Source of the DNA: Eukaryota sp. TZLM1-RC
Lineage: Eukaryota; Protista; Metamonada: BaSk clade
Direction: 5' to 3'
Assembly: GCA_040285825.1 (NCBI GenBank)
Contig: JAUPSS010000009.1
Coordinates: 620,001 to 684,000, forward strand
DNA: 64,000 bases
The number at the start of each line of letters is the position of its first letter. Position 1 is the stretch's first letter. The position numbers and the translations under genes are program-made. The notes beneath the pieces are model-generated. The model was not told where the DNA came from, made no database searches, and saw only the letters and a list, made by a program, of their open reading frames with translations. Shown here in pieces: positions 9,650 to 23,618 of this stretch.

Positions 9650-12165
9650 TTAACCAGTTCCAACATTGACTGCACTTTATGAGATTAAATCTTGTTCGGT
9701 AAACTGTATAATGTTTTTGATTTGTAATCAATAATAATGCCCAATAATGGATCAAAATTATTATGGAGATTATTGGGAAAGCCATCCATTGATGGCATCA
9801 GAGGTATTTTCAGTGATCAAAAAGCCACCACGTGGAAAGTCTGCAGGTCTTTCTGGTCTTTCTATTGATCATATCAAAGCTGCGGTTATTTCGTTAGAAG
9901 ATTGTCTAATTTTATGCTCAAAATTTTAAATAGAGTTGTATCTGGTCAGCTCAAATATCCTAAAGAATTGAGATGTTCACGTTTGACTGCACTGGTAAAA
10001 AGCTCAAAATTGAATGTTCGTCCAATTGCAGTCTCTGAAAGTTTGCACAATATTTGTTCAGTTCGCTGCTTAAATAGATTCAATGAAATAGCAAAAAGAA
10101 TTTGTCACCGTTACAACACAAAATTATTACCACTGATGGAGTTGCTTCAGCAGTATTTGCTACAGATGTTCTATTTCATCAACATGAATCCAATGTTTGT
10201 ATGTCGTCGGAATTTAGTAATGCATTCAATTCAATTCATCGTTGCAGTATTCATGGTGCTTTGTTGAATTATTTGCCAGAATTAATGCTTTATTGACAAA
10301 CAACATATTGCACAAATTCTAATTTGCATTTTGGTAATTCCATTTTGAGTTCATCAAGTGGTGTAAAGCAAGGAGATCCGTTAGGACCTCTTTTGTTTTG
10401 TTTGGCCATTCATCCTACTTTATTACAAATTTAAGAGATGTTTCCTTCGCTAAAAATGATTGCTTATATGGACGATGTTGTTCTTATAGGTGACTTAAAG
10501 ATTGTCAGAGAAGCAACTGTATGTTTTAATGAATTATTTAACAAAATTGGCTTTCAACTTAATTTACTTAAAGGTGTTTTACTTTCGTATTCCCCAGTTT
10601 CTAAGTTGATGGTAATGAAATGCAAGCCAAATTATATTCAATTGATGCTATTCGTCATTTGGGTTCGTATTTAGGAAATAATGATGAAGTTACCAAAGAA
10701 TTGTTTGAAAAGTTAAACTCAATTTCAGAAAAAGTTGACTGAATGATGACTTTAGATATACAGAAACATATCAAATTTACCATTAAAGGACTATTTTTTA
10801 GTTCCAACTAAAAAATAATAATCATATATTTCGATCTACATATCCTCTTATCACTAAGCATTTGGCCCAAAACTTTGAAGAATTACGTGGTAAAGTCTTT
10901 TCACAATTACTGGGATGTAAAATCTTCCAAATTCCTGATCATGCTTATCTTAGTCCACATTATGGCGGTTTAGGTTGGACAAAGGTCTCTATTCTTACTT
11001 CGTGTGCTTGTATTGGTGGATGCAGAACTGCAATATTTGAGTATTCTGAAAGATTTGCCGATGGGGAAGATTTTTTAATGACAACGCAAAGTTCTACTAT
11101 TTTTGCATTAAATGAAGAAATTTCGAAAATTGATGTAAAAAAATGGAGTCGAAGCTTTTCACAATCATTCAATGGTAATATTCCTGAAAAGAATTTTTTA
11201 AACTTGAAGAAAACTCTTCGAAGATTACAGAAACGATTGGCTGGAATGTAGGAAAATGATTTTTATAAAAATATATGCAGCTCGGCTGTTTTAAATCAAG
11301 ATCTTCACTCATTGCTATTGGAAATGGGTGTTTGAGAAAATCAGTCATCAGATTCTTCACTGTTTGTAACCATTGTAACACGAAGATTTGGACTGTTTGT
11401 TACTCATGGAGCGTTTGAAATAAAGATTAGATTATATTTGAATATCCCCATTAATCAATTGTTATCAAAAGAAAAATGTATTTGTTCGAATTCACCACAG
11501 CTCACTTTGCGTCAGGCTATGAATTGTTCGAAATTGATAACTTATCGTTCTTCATTACTGGATGCTGTTGGAGACATTGTTTTTAATATGGCTCGAACTG
11601 CAAGAATTTCGTGTATCAAAGAGCCTCTGCTGAAAGAAACATTATCATTGAATAATTTTGGTTCTGATGATAGAGGTGATGTATACTGTGATTGGATTGA
11701 GAACTCTGAGCTGTTGTTGACTTTGTCTCCTGTAATGTTGCAAGAGACACTTTGGTTCAAAGAAGAAAATTTAATCCTGTAAGTGCTCTTGAATTTAAAG
11801 CTAAAGAAAAACATAGAAAATATGACAAAGATATCGAAGAAGATAATGCTGATAGAAATAGACCACTTGTTTTTATTGCTTTACTATTTTCGATAAACGG
11901 AAGACTATCAGTAAAAGCAGAAACTTTTTTGAATAATTTCCAAAAAATGGTTCAAGAAAAAACAATGAAAAGATTTGATATTTTTTTATGGCGCTCTCGG
12001 ATTCAATTTGCCATTATCAATAGATTACCTCAATTTTTCAATCGAATTAGAGAAGCTTTAGCTAGACAGCAAGCAGATCAGGATTTTGTAGAGGAAATCT
12101 TGGTTCAATGAATTTCGTCCCATTAGTTATGAGTTTATTTTGTTAAGTGTACAAGTTCAATAAAA
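9650..12165 (+). mobile_element. RLE-clade (CRE/NeSL-like) non-LTR retrotransposon family A, decayed, longest copy
   Basis: KSAGLSG, VRPIAVSE, FSNAFNSIHR, GVKQGDPLGPLLFCLAI and AYMDD (RT), then CICS..NC, RGD..D and KHRKY (RLE). Many stops and frameshifts. Confidence 0.9.
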
Positions 12166-12282
12166 AATATTATAATCTAAGTGTTTATCATAAAATATTT
12201 AATTATTTTTCTAGTAAAATTTGATTATATTTAAATATAGCGCAAAATAATACCTTCTCCTTCCTGCATTCACACTGTCAAC

Positions 12283-12951
12283 ATGGCCCAGTTGACTAAG
12301 GAGTTTATCAAATCCATCACTTCCAACTTTGATATCAATACAGTGACAAAACTCGACGTTTCCTCCACTGAGCTATCTTCAGTTGTATGTGATGATCCAC
12401 CACAGAACGTAGTGCGACTGAACTGCTCTTTCAACTTTCTCACATCACTCAATGGTCTTCAACACTGGCCTAAACTTTGCATAGTTGATGCTTCTTCAAA
12501 TCAAATCACTGATCTATCTCATCTCAAGGATCATTCCTCTTTATCCGACCTTAACCTATGCAATAACAATATCTCTACTGTTTCTCAACTCACCCCACTT
12601 CAATCACTCTGTTCATTACGGCGTCTTTATCTTGGTCTTCCTAATTATAAAGAAAATCCCCTATGTAATTCGGATTACAGATCCGAAGTACTTCAACTTC
12701 TACCCCAACTGGAAGTTCTTGATGGTATCAGAGTGACTGTCTCTGGCTCCAATCATTTCATTCATGACGTTCCCGATGTCCTTAGGGATGACAAGCTTGA
12801 AATTCCTCAATGTTTGGATAAGGAACCTTGGGTCATGTTTGACGACGATGTTACTATTAATAGTAACAAAAGTTGTCTTTTGTCACAGTGTAATAAGACT
12901 ATCCGAGACTTGGGATTGCTTGTTCAGAGAGCCAAACGGCAATTAGGTTGA
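12283..12951 (+). CDS. SDS22-type leucine-rich repeat protein with LRR cap
   Basis: LNCSFNFLTSL, DASSNQITDL, LNLCNNNISTV and NPLC..DYR..V...LPQLEVLDG. Confidence 0.85.
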   Translation: MAQLTKEFIKSITSNFDINTVTKLDVSSTELSSVVCDDPPQNVVRLNCSFNFLTSLNGLQHWPKLCIVDASSNQITDLSHLKDHSSLSDLNLCNNNISTVSQLTPLQSLCSLRRLYLGLPNYKENPLCNSDYRSEVLQLLPQLEVLDGIRVTVSGSNHFIHDVPDVLRDDKLEIPQCLDKEPWVMFDDDVTINSNKSCLLSQCNKTIRDLGLLVQRAKRQLG

Positions 12952-14159
12952 TTACAATTGATTAGGGTTTGATTGTAAGAGGATACCTTTTTTTGATAAA
13001 TTGAACTCTATTACATCAATTTCATCATTGATGATCTCAATGTTGTTTATTTTTTTGCTTTTTTTAGTCATGTGCTTTTACTATTTTATCATCAATTATT
13101 AACATGCTTTTTTTGTGTTGAGTTTCTCTCTCTTTTACATTATCATTTTTTATTTAAAAATGTAACATTTGTCGCAAATTGAGTAGGCAACGCCAAGAAA
13201 ATTGATTAATTATGATCTTGGTTTTAAATAAATAATGTTTAATTAAATTACAAAATAAATAAATTACAGTTTGAGATAACAAGAAGATCACGGTGTATCC
13301 ACAAAGGCAGGACCTTCGATGTTGACTTTGTAGTCCTCGTCGAAGAAACTACATCGTAGTGTGTTACTAGAACTCTCTTACTGATGATTTGCAACTTGAG
13401 ATTCTGGAGAGGAGGTTGGTTGTGTGAGTGGGTGTTGTGAAATTGAAGGCACCCGAGTTGCAAATCACAGAATATGAAAAGAATGAGTTTGTCCAACTTT
13501 AAGTGTAAGTTCATGTCTGAAACCCAACAATGAAAACAGCATGAACAATGAAAAACATCTCCAAAAAAGATGAAAAAAGAACCAGTTTTAAACATTAATC
13601 ACAATGACCTCTCAAAATATATTTTCGACAAAAAAACAAGTTGACTCTTGGAATTTTACAGAATGATTGTAAGATGATTTTATCAAATTATTTGTTGTTT
13701 TTGTTTAAATGGAATTCTTAAAGGATTACAACTTGGCAGCAATAGATGAATTAAAAAGAGATTAATAAATTAATTCAAATGAAAGAATATATTTTTAGAG
13801 GATTCAAGTTGAAAAACAAATATGTCACGAGAATTGAGGTTAATGATGATGTAAAAGTATTTGAACAAGTTGAGAAAATTGTTGATGACACACGAATCAT
13901 TAAAACGGGAGTAAATAGGCATCAGTCAGAACAATTAAAAATGAACAGGTTTTTTCTAAAGTGGGAGCAAAAGTTTTATTTTGAAAAGTAGTTGGGATTA
14001 TTGGCTCAAGTTCAGGAAGTATTATCATATGGTAAAAAATTTGTCAAATGTTGAGGGAAAAACTATTGATGAAATGAAATATCGTCTTTTCCAAATGATC
14101 TATGACTTGGAGGAAAAAATAAAAGAGGAAAATTAGTTAAGAAAGAAATGTGGAAAAAT

Positions 14160-14932
14160 GAAAGTAATCGTTGATCCCGTCTTGTTAGAATCATTGGTTC
14201 TCACAAGACCTGGGATTGATTCATCCGAGTGAGGTGTTTCTGGATCATTTAAAAATCCTCCACCTCGTTTTCCTCGTACGAAGAATTCATTTTAATGATG
14301 ACTGAGTTGAAGGTTGATGTCCGTAAAGGCGACGTCCGGGAACGTATGTCCTGCTACCTGAGACGTTTTTTTCAGGCGAAATGCAGGGCTTCCGGACTGA
14401 AATTGCCTGACTCAGCCTTCATGATCAGAGTCGCCAAGGGTATTCTTCCATTAGGATTGTAGATATCTCTGAATTCTCGAATTCCGGACGAGATATTTCC
14501 CGATTTTCCTACATTGGTAAATATCGCACAGGATGACCTACTTGATTGCACGGGAATAGCTTCTTGGAAAAATTCTTCAAAGACTGTTTCTGAAAATACT
14601 GACTCTGTGCGTCAAGCTGGTATTAAGTCTCGTTCATCCCATAGGTCTCGCAATCTCACTGACGGGACATGTTTCAAATGTCATCAGAAAGGTCATCTAG
14701 CTCGTAAATGTTCCTCAAAAATGAAGCACGAAGTAAATCATCCAAACCACGTGCCTCAGTATCTTATAAATCCCCTATTTTCATTATGCTAAATGGTTTA
14801 CGAAACTGTTGAAAGAAAATGGAAAGAAGTAGTGCTGTCTTACTGATAAACTAACCTGGTAAACAGAGTATTTTTATTAATAAAGCTCTCTTTTCTTCTT
14901 TTCATCTTTGGTATTTCTGCCTAACGGCATCA
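14160..14932 (+). mobile_element. decayed LTR-retrotransposon gag fragment
   Basis: Zinc knuckle CFKCHQKGHLARKC in a stop-interrupted frame. It ends in tgcctaacggcatca, similar to tgcctaacggcaaca at 40391-40405. Confidence 0.55.
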
Positions 14933-15402
14933 CAGTCAAGGAATTCAAGACCGTTCACCAGATGAAGCTCAAAGAAGAATTCACTGTTCATGTATGAATT
15001 GTAATTGGTAAAAGAACTGATCAGGAACTGATTTCATGAAGAAGCAACAATAAAACTATCTTTTTTAAACAAAGAACAGTGTTGCAAACATTTGACAAAA
15101 GCAAAAATTGATTTGGTAAATGTAACTTTATAGTTCACTCTAAAGATAGTCAACTAATCAGATTTGATTGATTGTTTTTGGTGGGACAACTCAAACAATC
15201 TTTTTCATTTATTTTCATTTTCTGAGTTGTTGTCTGCAATAGGGAAGATATGACATTGGATATCACATTCTGTAATTATAATCAAGATCAATGCTGTAAC
15301 GTCGACCCAGCGGGTTGACGGAAATCACGTCAGACTTCATAGTTAATAGATTACCAACAAAGTCCGTTAAGATTGGGATGAGATTGGAATGTTTGTTATT
15401 TC

Positions 15403-15500
15403 TCTATTGTTGCCTTGTCTATTGGTACTTTTTCTATTGTTACCTTTTCTATTGTTACCTTGTCTTTTGTTACCATGTCTATTGTTACCTTGACTATTGA
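15403..15500. repeat. 15-bp tandem repeat, about 6 imperfect units (ctattgttaccttgt)
   Basis: Directly visible periodicity. Confidence 0.85.
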
Positions 15501-15661
15501 TGTGTTCTTTGTATTAACATGCTTCTGTTGTGATGAAGTTTCTCTCTTTTGTATCATAATTTTTTATTCGAAACAGTAAAAGCTCCAACATTTGATGCAA
15601 AATGATCTTGGTTTTGATATAAATTACACACTAGCTGTTTAATCAATTGATTTATTCACAA

Positions 15662-16330
15662 TCACAAAACCAAACCTTCACTTTCTTCATCTTCACTTAT
15701 TGTTAGCTTTCTTGTTCCAAATTCGAGTCTCAAGGAATAAAAGAAGCTGATCACAGTCAATGTTGATACATACTGACCTATAATAGAAATGTTCCTCCCT
15801 GCTTCAGTCCCGATCATGGGGCCTATAACGTAAGCAAAGAATGCTATACAGAGGATTGAGAGAACAGCGATACGGTAAAACATCCAAAACTTACACGTTC
15901 GGACGATTTTCTTGCTTCTGTAGGTATTGACTGTTATCAACAATACAGTGATGACAGCGGCGGTGAAGAACAAGCCAGCAGCAGAACCATGCCAGATTGT
16001 AGCATCGTTTGTTGATATGCAGCCCGTTGCGGCTAAAGAAGGACCCGCGACGATAGCTAGCAGACGTATCTGACGAATGACATGTTGCTTAAAGTTATGA
16101 GTTTTTTCCACAATGGACAAGTAACTTATAATTATGAAGGTAAGAAATACCCCAGCGACAGTAAGAGCAAAGGCGAATAATGGGTAGATTGGGAATCTTG
16201 CACCACTTGCGCTGAGATAGATCAACCTTCCTTGATATTCTGTGAAGACCATTTTAGCACCAATTACACAGATGGTGAGTGTTGTTATAATGAACGTACA
16301 TCCTGCTATTAACAATGTAGAGAGCCGCAT
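15662..16330 (-). CDS. Frag1/DRAM/Sfk1-family multi-pass membrane protein
   Basis: Six hydrophobic segments, IYLSASGARFP and the WHGSAAGLFF motif. Confidence 0.75.
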   Translation of the reverse strand: MRLSTLLIAGCTFIITTLTICVIGAKMVFTEYQGRLIYLSASGARFPIYPLFAFALTVAGVFLTFIIISYLSIVEKTHNFKQHVIRQIRLLAIVAGPSLAATGCISTNDATIWHGSAAGLFFTAAVITVLLITVNTYRSKKIVRTCKFWMFYRIAVLSILCIAFFAYVIGPMIGTEAGRNISIIGQYVSTLTVISFFYSLRLEFGTRKLTISEDEESEGLVL

Positions 16331-16506
16331 GTTGATGATGTACAATAACAAATAGAGAAACTCTCTTTAAATGCTGTCAGACATCTTTTACAGATAAGTG
16401 CGAAGTTGGCAATGAAGGGTATATCCGAACAATTGGTGTTTAGTAGATACTATCTACAGTGGTATCCTTTAACTTTCATTCTTGGTCATTTACTGATACT
16501 TCTAGA

Positions 16507-17807
16507 ATGCATCTTGTACTTTTAGTTGTGGTTTTGGTAGCCACTGCTGCTGCAAGCACAGAGTTTGAGATCGCTGCTCCTTTTGCCAATACTAATATAA
16601 AGTCTGCACTGTCAAACTGGGATTCAAAAGGCTCTGTCCATCTTTCCACCGAAGCTGTGGTTCTTACCCCTCGTATGAAGTCTATGAAAGGGTTCCTTTC
16701 ATACAACAAGAAAATTGAGGCATCTGCCTTTGATCTCACCATGGATGTCAACATCGAGGGTTCACGTCTTGGTGGGGCCGAAGGAATGATTATTGCCTTC
16801 AGTGAAAAACCTCAAAAAGAAGGTACTTTCCTTGGCATTAGTCATAGTGTCCCCTCGGTTGTTGTGGGGCTTGACACCGTATGTTCATGCCAATATCTCA
16901 CCTCTAGTATCCCAACAGTCGTTCAATCACAGGATCCTCTCGCCCCGGTATTTTTATTGGTAATCTTGATGGATACACGATCCCATCAGCTTCCATGGAC
17001 TACTCAGACATTGAAGTATCATCTTGCAAGTCTCAATTGCGTAACACTCCCACCAAATTGAGAATCAAGTACTCCAACAAGGTACTCAGCCTATATATTC
17101 AAAATCAAGAGTCCCTCAGCCCTGACGTTCCATGTGCTCGGGCAAACATGGAACTTCCCTCTTCCTTTTACCTCTCTCTTGGAGCAATGACTGGTGTGCT
17201 TGGTGATCAGCACGCAATTACTACCATGAAGCTGGTCACCAAATCTGACGCAGATCCCTTCCAAAACGCGGCAACCTACCATCGTGACCCCGTCCAAAAT
17301 TCCTCTGGCTATAATCAACACTATGACCAACAACACCAAGAAGTTGAATATAATAGCTTTCAAAAATCTAGTGATGTGGATACAAAGTCCTTGATGAATG
17401 TAATCACCAATTTGCACAACACCCTTGCTACGATGGAGAAGTCTATTAAACAGCTCTCTGCGAACAACCATGCTTCAAAATTACCTTCTTTGGAACAGTC
17501 TGTTAATGAAGTAGTTACGAAAATGCAGGGACTCGCTGAGAAGGTTACCATGATAGAAAAGAATGCATTCAAGAAGCTTGAAGTCAAGATGGAGCAGGAT
17601 AATGCAGGTGTAGACACCAAACTGCAGGCAATCACTAAAGCCATTGATCAACTCTATGGAAAGTATGATCAATTGGTCTCTCACTTGGACGAGAACAGTT
17701 CTCAAAGTGATATTTGGTTCTTCATTGTGCTTTTCCAGAGCATAGCAGTGGTAGGTTATTGTGCTTTCAGGCGTTTCAAGGGTAAGCAAAAGAATCACAT
17801 GCTTTGA
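16507..17807 (+). CDS. L-type lectin cargo receptor (ERGIC-53/VIP36-like), one intron 16879-16907
   Basis: Signal peptide, LTP..KS.KG, GAEG, VGLDT/Y, coiled coil, TM helix and a KKXX-like tail KNHML. A 29-nt GT-AG intron joins the two listed ORFs. Confidence 0.85.
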
Positions 17808-18162
17808 TACTTTTTTTTGAAAATTACAATAAAGATTATAAAAAGCAAACCATATGAGTCGATCTGATAATAAAATATGAAAATATATTATTATTATCTA
17901 CAACTTAATTTATTCCGACCAAAAACTAAACAACAAACTTAAAATTCTAAAGTTTCGTAACCCAAATCACCCAAAAAGAATCAACTAAATGAAAATATGA
18001 AACTTAGGAAATACACTTAATTTAAATAACTACAATGAATTTTTATATATAATTATATAGAAATTGTGCAGTCACATAATATTCAGTATTTAATAGTGTA
18101 TTCAGTCAAAACAAAACAACAAACAAACGTAAGAGAGTATTCCAAAAAATCAGGTATTGTTC

Positions 18163-18234
18163 GGAGTTGTAGCTTAGGGGTAGAGCGGCTGATTGCAGAT
18201 CAGCAGGTCACGTGTTCAAATCACGTCAACTCCT
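18163..18234 (+). tRNA. tRNA-Cys(GCA)
   Basis: GGAGTTG/CAACTCC acceptor stem, CTGAT-TGCAG-ATCAG anticodon arm, GTTCAAA T-loop and a T-run terminator. Confidence 0.93.
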
Positions 18235-18424
18235 TTTTGTAAATTACATTATCTGACCCACACATGAACACATGAAGTACCTTACCTTTTGGGGTTTGTG
18301 TTGTCTGTTGTTCATTTAAATTATTGGCTATAATTTGTTAGTTAAAAAGTGGGACATTCACTATAAATCAGTGACATTCATAGCATTTGAAAAAATGACC
18401 ATATAACATAATATAATAATGACA

Positions 18425-18740
18425 GGAACCAAATTTATGTCATGTGCAAATCATATAGAGTAGATTCCTTTTTAGAGCCTTTGGTATCAAAATTAATTCT
18501 TGATAACCCCAATATTGATAGTGTGTGCTACAATAGAGCTTCAATGGGTCTGACAAGAGATTAGGTTGTTCCCGGCTTAAATGGAAGCTTGACCATTTTA
18601 GATGCCATCTTCATTGACCATTGTAATTTTTATGACGAACATTTCATTAATTCTGATGTCAATAATCCTCTTCTTGCTCGGGAAAAATACAAACTTGCTA
18701 AATACGCGAAACCTATTTCTTCTGTCGATAAAAATTCAAT
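18425..18740 (+). mobile_element. RLE non-LTR fragment (family C)
   Basis: Near-identical to the reverse complement of 36200-36449 (RASMGLTR..VVPGLNGS). Confidence 0.75.
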
Positions 18741-19829
18741 AAGGAAGTTCAGTTTTGGAGAATGTAGCGCCTTAATTGTGTGTTTGATGATTTTGTATTC
18801 GGTATTTGATAAATAAAGAGCTATATGCTAATGAACAAGTTGTCAAACACATCAACTACAAAGACAGAAATACCTTTTATCCATAGGCAATGTTGAAGTA
18901 CCTGAAATAAGTGTGCATTAGATGAAAAAAAACAAAACAATAAAGAACAAACAAAGCAAAAACAATATGTAAAAACAATTTGCCAATTCTTCTCGATCTC
19001 CACCAAACCAGCTGACAATAGTCAAATCTAGTCAAATGTTGTGTGTAGTTCACCTCAAAAATTAAACTCAAAAATTCAGATGTAGTTTGTACCAAAAAAT
19101 TTTCACAAAAATTTTCACAGTCCTTCTGCTACTTCTTTCAATTTTGGTGGTGTTGATTTCCCTAAAAATAGATATTTGACAAATGAATCATTTGTTTGAA
19201 AAATGTTCTATTTCGATATAGGATAACCAACTTTATGGTATGGTCAACACTTATAGTCATCTTCCCGTTGTGTATGGTCATCGTCATTGAAGGTGATATT
19301 GGTGAAATTAAAATAATCATTTGGTCTCAACTATTTTCAATGTTACCTTGTGGCCCGTAAGCTCTCAACGATCCATCGAATAACTTCCTTCATGTAATGA
19401 AAGCTGACCAAAAAAATGTCAGCTTGGGCTTCTAAAAACGTCATAATTTAACCAACATTCATAGTGCTGATTTTTGTTCACTTTTATAACGCATTGGTGG
19501 TGAGTCATCGTCTTTCTACATTACTGTTTTTTCAGAAACAAGAATTTAAAACTACCGATTGTGCGTTATCAATGAGAGACTTGAAAAATGAAATATAGAT
19601 GATAGAAATGTGTAAAAAATTACGAAACACCAAAGCCTTGAATTGATGGTGAATTGTTTGAATTTCTTAGCTGAATTATTTCCTTTTGAAGTTTCCACAA
19701 GACAAGTAGTCGCAAATAGTTGTATTTTATTGATGAGAATAGGTCTACAATGGAACCTATGTGTAAAGATTTCAATTTCCAAGCAATATTTGTATAAACC
19801 GCTTATAGCTTTCTGCGAAAAAATGATGC

Positions 19830-20856
19830 CGTGTTCCGAAAAATTATGAACCCACAAAATATGGCGACCAAAAAAATTGGCGAATTCCTACAGGTATTCA
19901 AAAATTCGCCATCATTTTTCGCCTATTATTAGCTTTTAAAAATAAACAAAAAAAAATACCAGATTTATTTCAGAATCAATACTATAAAATTAAACAATAA
20001 TTTCATCTTCTTCTGAAGACAAATCATCTGCATCAATCCATTCAGGTCAATGTACTGCTTCAATTACAACTTCATTACCACCAGGATTCATCAAACTGTG
20101 CTCAATGATTTTATTCATTGTTCTCCAACCTTTTTGATGATATTGGAGACAATTTGATTTGATATATTGCCATGCCTCAAAAATCCATTCTCCAATTTTG
20201 GGCTTAATAATGGAGGTGGCTACATCTAACTTGACATTATTTGGTTGAATGCCAGCATTGAGGTCTTCGAGAATTTTTTCAGTGCACCAAACAGTAAATT
20301 TTGACTTCAGTTGACCTTTGAATACTATATTCACAGCAACATCTCAAATAGAAAAATGATCGGCTTAGCAGGAATTTCATAAAAGTCATGATTGAGTTCT
20401 GAGATGAAGGGTTTCAGTTGCTTTATTCTATGAGACCAATGTGGATCCCATAAAATTGCAACTTTCAAGCCATATATTTCAGCCTCACCGTTTTTCTGAA
20501 GCTCTTGACGCTTTTGCATAAGGTATGGCCTAACAGTTCCACTGATATATTCTAAAATTGTCTTTTTATTTTGAAACTTTGTAGAATTTCCATTCTTTTT
20601 ATCACTGGGTTGATTACCGAGTTTCCTAAATTTTTGGGCGCCAAAAAAATTGGGCGTTTTGGGTGATCAGAAAAAAATCGCCCAATTAATATGCGCCCAA
20701 TTTTTCGTCATAATTCTACCCCTTGTTTCTAAAATCAGATCTATGTCTTGTTTATAGATATATGATATGATATGACAAAAAAGTTAGGCGATAAGATAAA
20801 AATCGCCTAATTAATAGGCGCCCAATTTTTTGGCGTTCAAAATTTTAGGCATGACT
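19830..20856 (-). mobile_element. internally deleted pogo/Tc1-mariner (DDE_1) DNA transposon
   Basis: ILWDPHWSH, IPA, VNIVFK..LK..F..W and IKPKIGEWIFEAW motifs. Iterated ggcg-cc-aaaaaaatt-ggcg subterminal motifs at both ends form imperfect inverted termini. Confidence 0.75.
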
Positions 20857-20862
20857 TTATGT

Positions 20863-20933
20863 GCGTTCGTGGTTTAGTGGTAGAATACGACGTTGCCATC
20901 GTTGTGACCCGGGTTCGATTCCCGGCGGACGCA
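20863..20933 (+). tRNA. tRNA-Gly(GCC)
   Basis: GCGTTCG/CGGACGC acceptor stem, TTGCCAT anticodon loop and CCGGG-TTCGATT-CCCGG T-arm. Confidence 0.93.
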
Positions 20934-21144
20934 TATTTTCAAAATTATCTTTCCTCGATTGTACTAATTGTTACTAATCGATTGTTAAGAACCTCATTAT
21001 TTAACAAGTAAATGTGTCTGTGACTTGGATTTCACTGTTTGGTTCAACTGGAGTCCAACACTTTGATTTTATTGACAGGGTGATACCATTTGCGCATTTG
21101 ATCCGACCAGATGTAGGAGTTCTCAAAAGTTCGTATAAAGCATC

Positions 21145-21580
21145 ATGAGTGCTTTAGGTGACGAAGAACGTACACGACTGGCACAGCTACGTACAGAACT
21201 TTCTCAACAACGAACAGAATGGTCTGATTACCGCACAAAGCTTAGTGTTGATAGAACCAAGGCTGGTTATGTGAGAACCTCAATTGGAGCAATTGCTGCA
21301 GCCCTCGCTTCGTTTCGTCTATTTCAAGGATTCGCACCTACTGTATGTTCATTAGTACAATTATTTACTTTAGGTTATTAACATATTTCTGGCTGCTGTG
21401 CTTTTGCTCATTGGAGCATTATCCGCTGTGTTAGGTGCCCTCACAGGCTACCACGATGGTTCCCTTCATCGTACACGGTTCGTTATTCATTGCTGTTTTT
21501 GGTTATTGTTGGGAGTCACTATTGTTATGGCAATCTTAGTTATTTCTTTGAGTACGCCGTTCGATGGTGTTGTACTTTGA
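21145..21580 (+). CDS. DUF202/YidH-like small membrane protein, intron 21343-21373
   Basis: RT.L...RT heptad repeats ending RTKLSVDRTKAGYVRTSIG, followed by three TM helices. A 31-nt GT-AG intron restores the frame. Confidence 0.75.
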
Positions 21581-21949
21581 TATTCTTGATAGAAGTACCT
21601 TGTTGTTTCTGAAGTCAAAGTTTCAATTCACATTGGGGTTTAGGATGGGCAACTACTATCACCCTAACTAAACATTTCTAATTTAAAATCGGCCAATTGT
21701 TATGGATTGACAAATTTAATCTGTATTTTGAAAATAGTATTTTCAGAATTTGAATTCTCAGTGGTGATTGTATCATAGCAACTGTATTAAGGGAGGTGAA
21801 TGTAGGAAATTGTGTGCATATCACGTGAAGTATTTTTCAAGAACTTTCGAACAGTGTGGAATATTTGAAGACAGGTGACTTTTGTTCAATATATTTTGCA
21901 AATAATCAAAAGTTAAATCAACAACACAATTAACCTTTCAACCAGCAAC

Positions 21950-22410
21950 AGTCTTCTTCCCCTATTTGTTTACTTTTGTTGAACCACTTGTGTTTAAGTT
22001 GTCACTGTTGATGTTTGTAAATATTCAGCAGTGGATATTGCTAAAAGAGAAGAAACTTCACTATGTTTTGCAGAAAATTCTGAGCAAAATTAAAAGGAAC
22101 AAGGAACCTTTATCTCAACTTTGTTGTGTTGAGCATGTAAAATTTCAGCTGGTCCCTTTTGCGGTTTCTCATTTTGGTAACATTGAAATATCAGTTATGA
22201 CATTTTTTAAAGGTTTCTATGTTTAATAAAAGAAAGAGCGAAGAGAATTGAACTTTAATTTCTGGCTGAATACAATTGTTTTTTGTATCGTCAAAACCAT
22301 TCCAAAGATGATGCAATACACTGCTGTTACATTTAGGAATAGAGTATGAAAATCGTGCACTCAGAAGATTTGATGATGTTGCTGCGTGTATTGAGGATAT
22401 TGAGTTCTAG
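21950..22410 (+). mobile_element. RLE non-LTR 3' fragment (family B)
   Basis: EPLSQL..VEHVKFQLVPFAVS.FGNI ... ACIEDIEF matches 59580-59882. Confidence 0.75.
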
Positions 22411-23618
22411 TTTTTTTTGTTTGTATGATTTTAAAAAATACATAACTCATATGTAAAAGAACATTATTGAGAGAGGAAATTTATAATAAAAATACGAAAT
22501 AACAGAGTTTTGAATTGTTATTGTCTTATTTAGATTTCTTGTTTGTTTTGTTTCCTTTCGAAATTTCCACAAGAGAAATAGTAGCTAATAGTTGATATTC
22601 ATTGATAAAATGATTACTTATTCGAAACCCTACAATTCAAACCATCAAATAATTGTACTTTCACAGACTCATAACCCCGCACAGCATCTTCTCTACTCAA
22701 TTCTGTGTATTATTGGCTGATGGAGAATAATGATATTAACACTATCGGCGGTGACTCAGAAGTGTTGAAATCTGAGTAATTCACATTGCCTGTTGGGATG
22801 AAAAATTGCTTCTTTTTGTTATTGATAAAACTTATATATCTATTTATTCTATATAATTCTGTCCCTTTGTTTTTCGTTATTCCCGTCTTTACGTAAAGCT
22901 TCTGTTTTCATTTTCTGAATATTTCAGGATTGATGTCAAGGAAACAACTAAAAGAATTTATAAGCATGATTATCGACAAATAAGATTTCTCTGTTTTAAT
23001 TTTTCTGGCAAATGTAAACATGACATATGATGCGTCACCTGTTGGTCATTTTCTAGAATTAACTGTTGGAATTTTTGAATTTATGGATGTAGATGCGTTG
23101 TTGTTTATTACATCTGTTTCTATTATTCAAGCAACATCAGTTGCCCCAAACAATCATTCAAAAAAACTTTACTGTGCGCGTTGCAATCAAATAATCTAAA
23201 TTAAAAACTTATTTTTCTACTTTAATTGATGTGTTTGAGGATACTATTCAAGTAACTGGTGCATGTTTATAAGAGTTGTCTTTGTGTAATTCAACTCGAA
23301 ATTTTATCATCAATGAAATAGTATAGCCTTTATTTAAATAAAACCTAGCATTGAATAACTCATGTTCTAATGACAAAGGTGAACCCACAGTTGCACCAGA
23401 AATTTGGTGGTTAATGTTTACCTGTCACATTTCAATATATCCATTCAAAAAATTGTGATCAATTTGAGTTCGTGTAAAACAGGTTCAACAAAAACTTGTG
23501 GCTTGCATTTAAAGTATGTCTTGGTGTGACGAAACACCAACCATATTTTATGTAGATTAGGAAAAACAAACATTGATTTAATAAAACTCACCATTTAACT
23601 ATCAGAACCTACATTAAC

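Noticed and set aside
13095-13235. LTR pair with 15510-15625
   Set aside because: The similarity is loose, with no TG..CA ends or TSD; it is probably a dispersed degenerate repeat.
15315-15500. Tyr/Cys-rich 61-aa ORF
   Set aside because: It is a by-product of the 15-bp tandem repeat.
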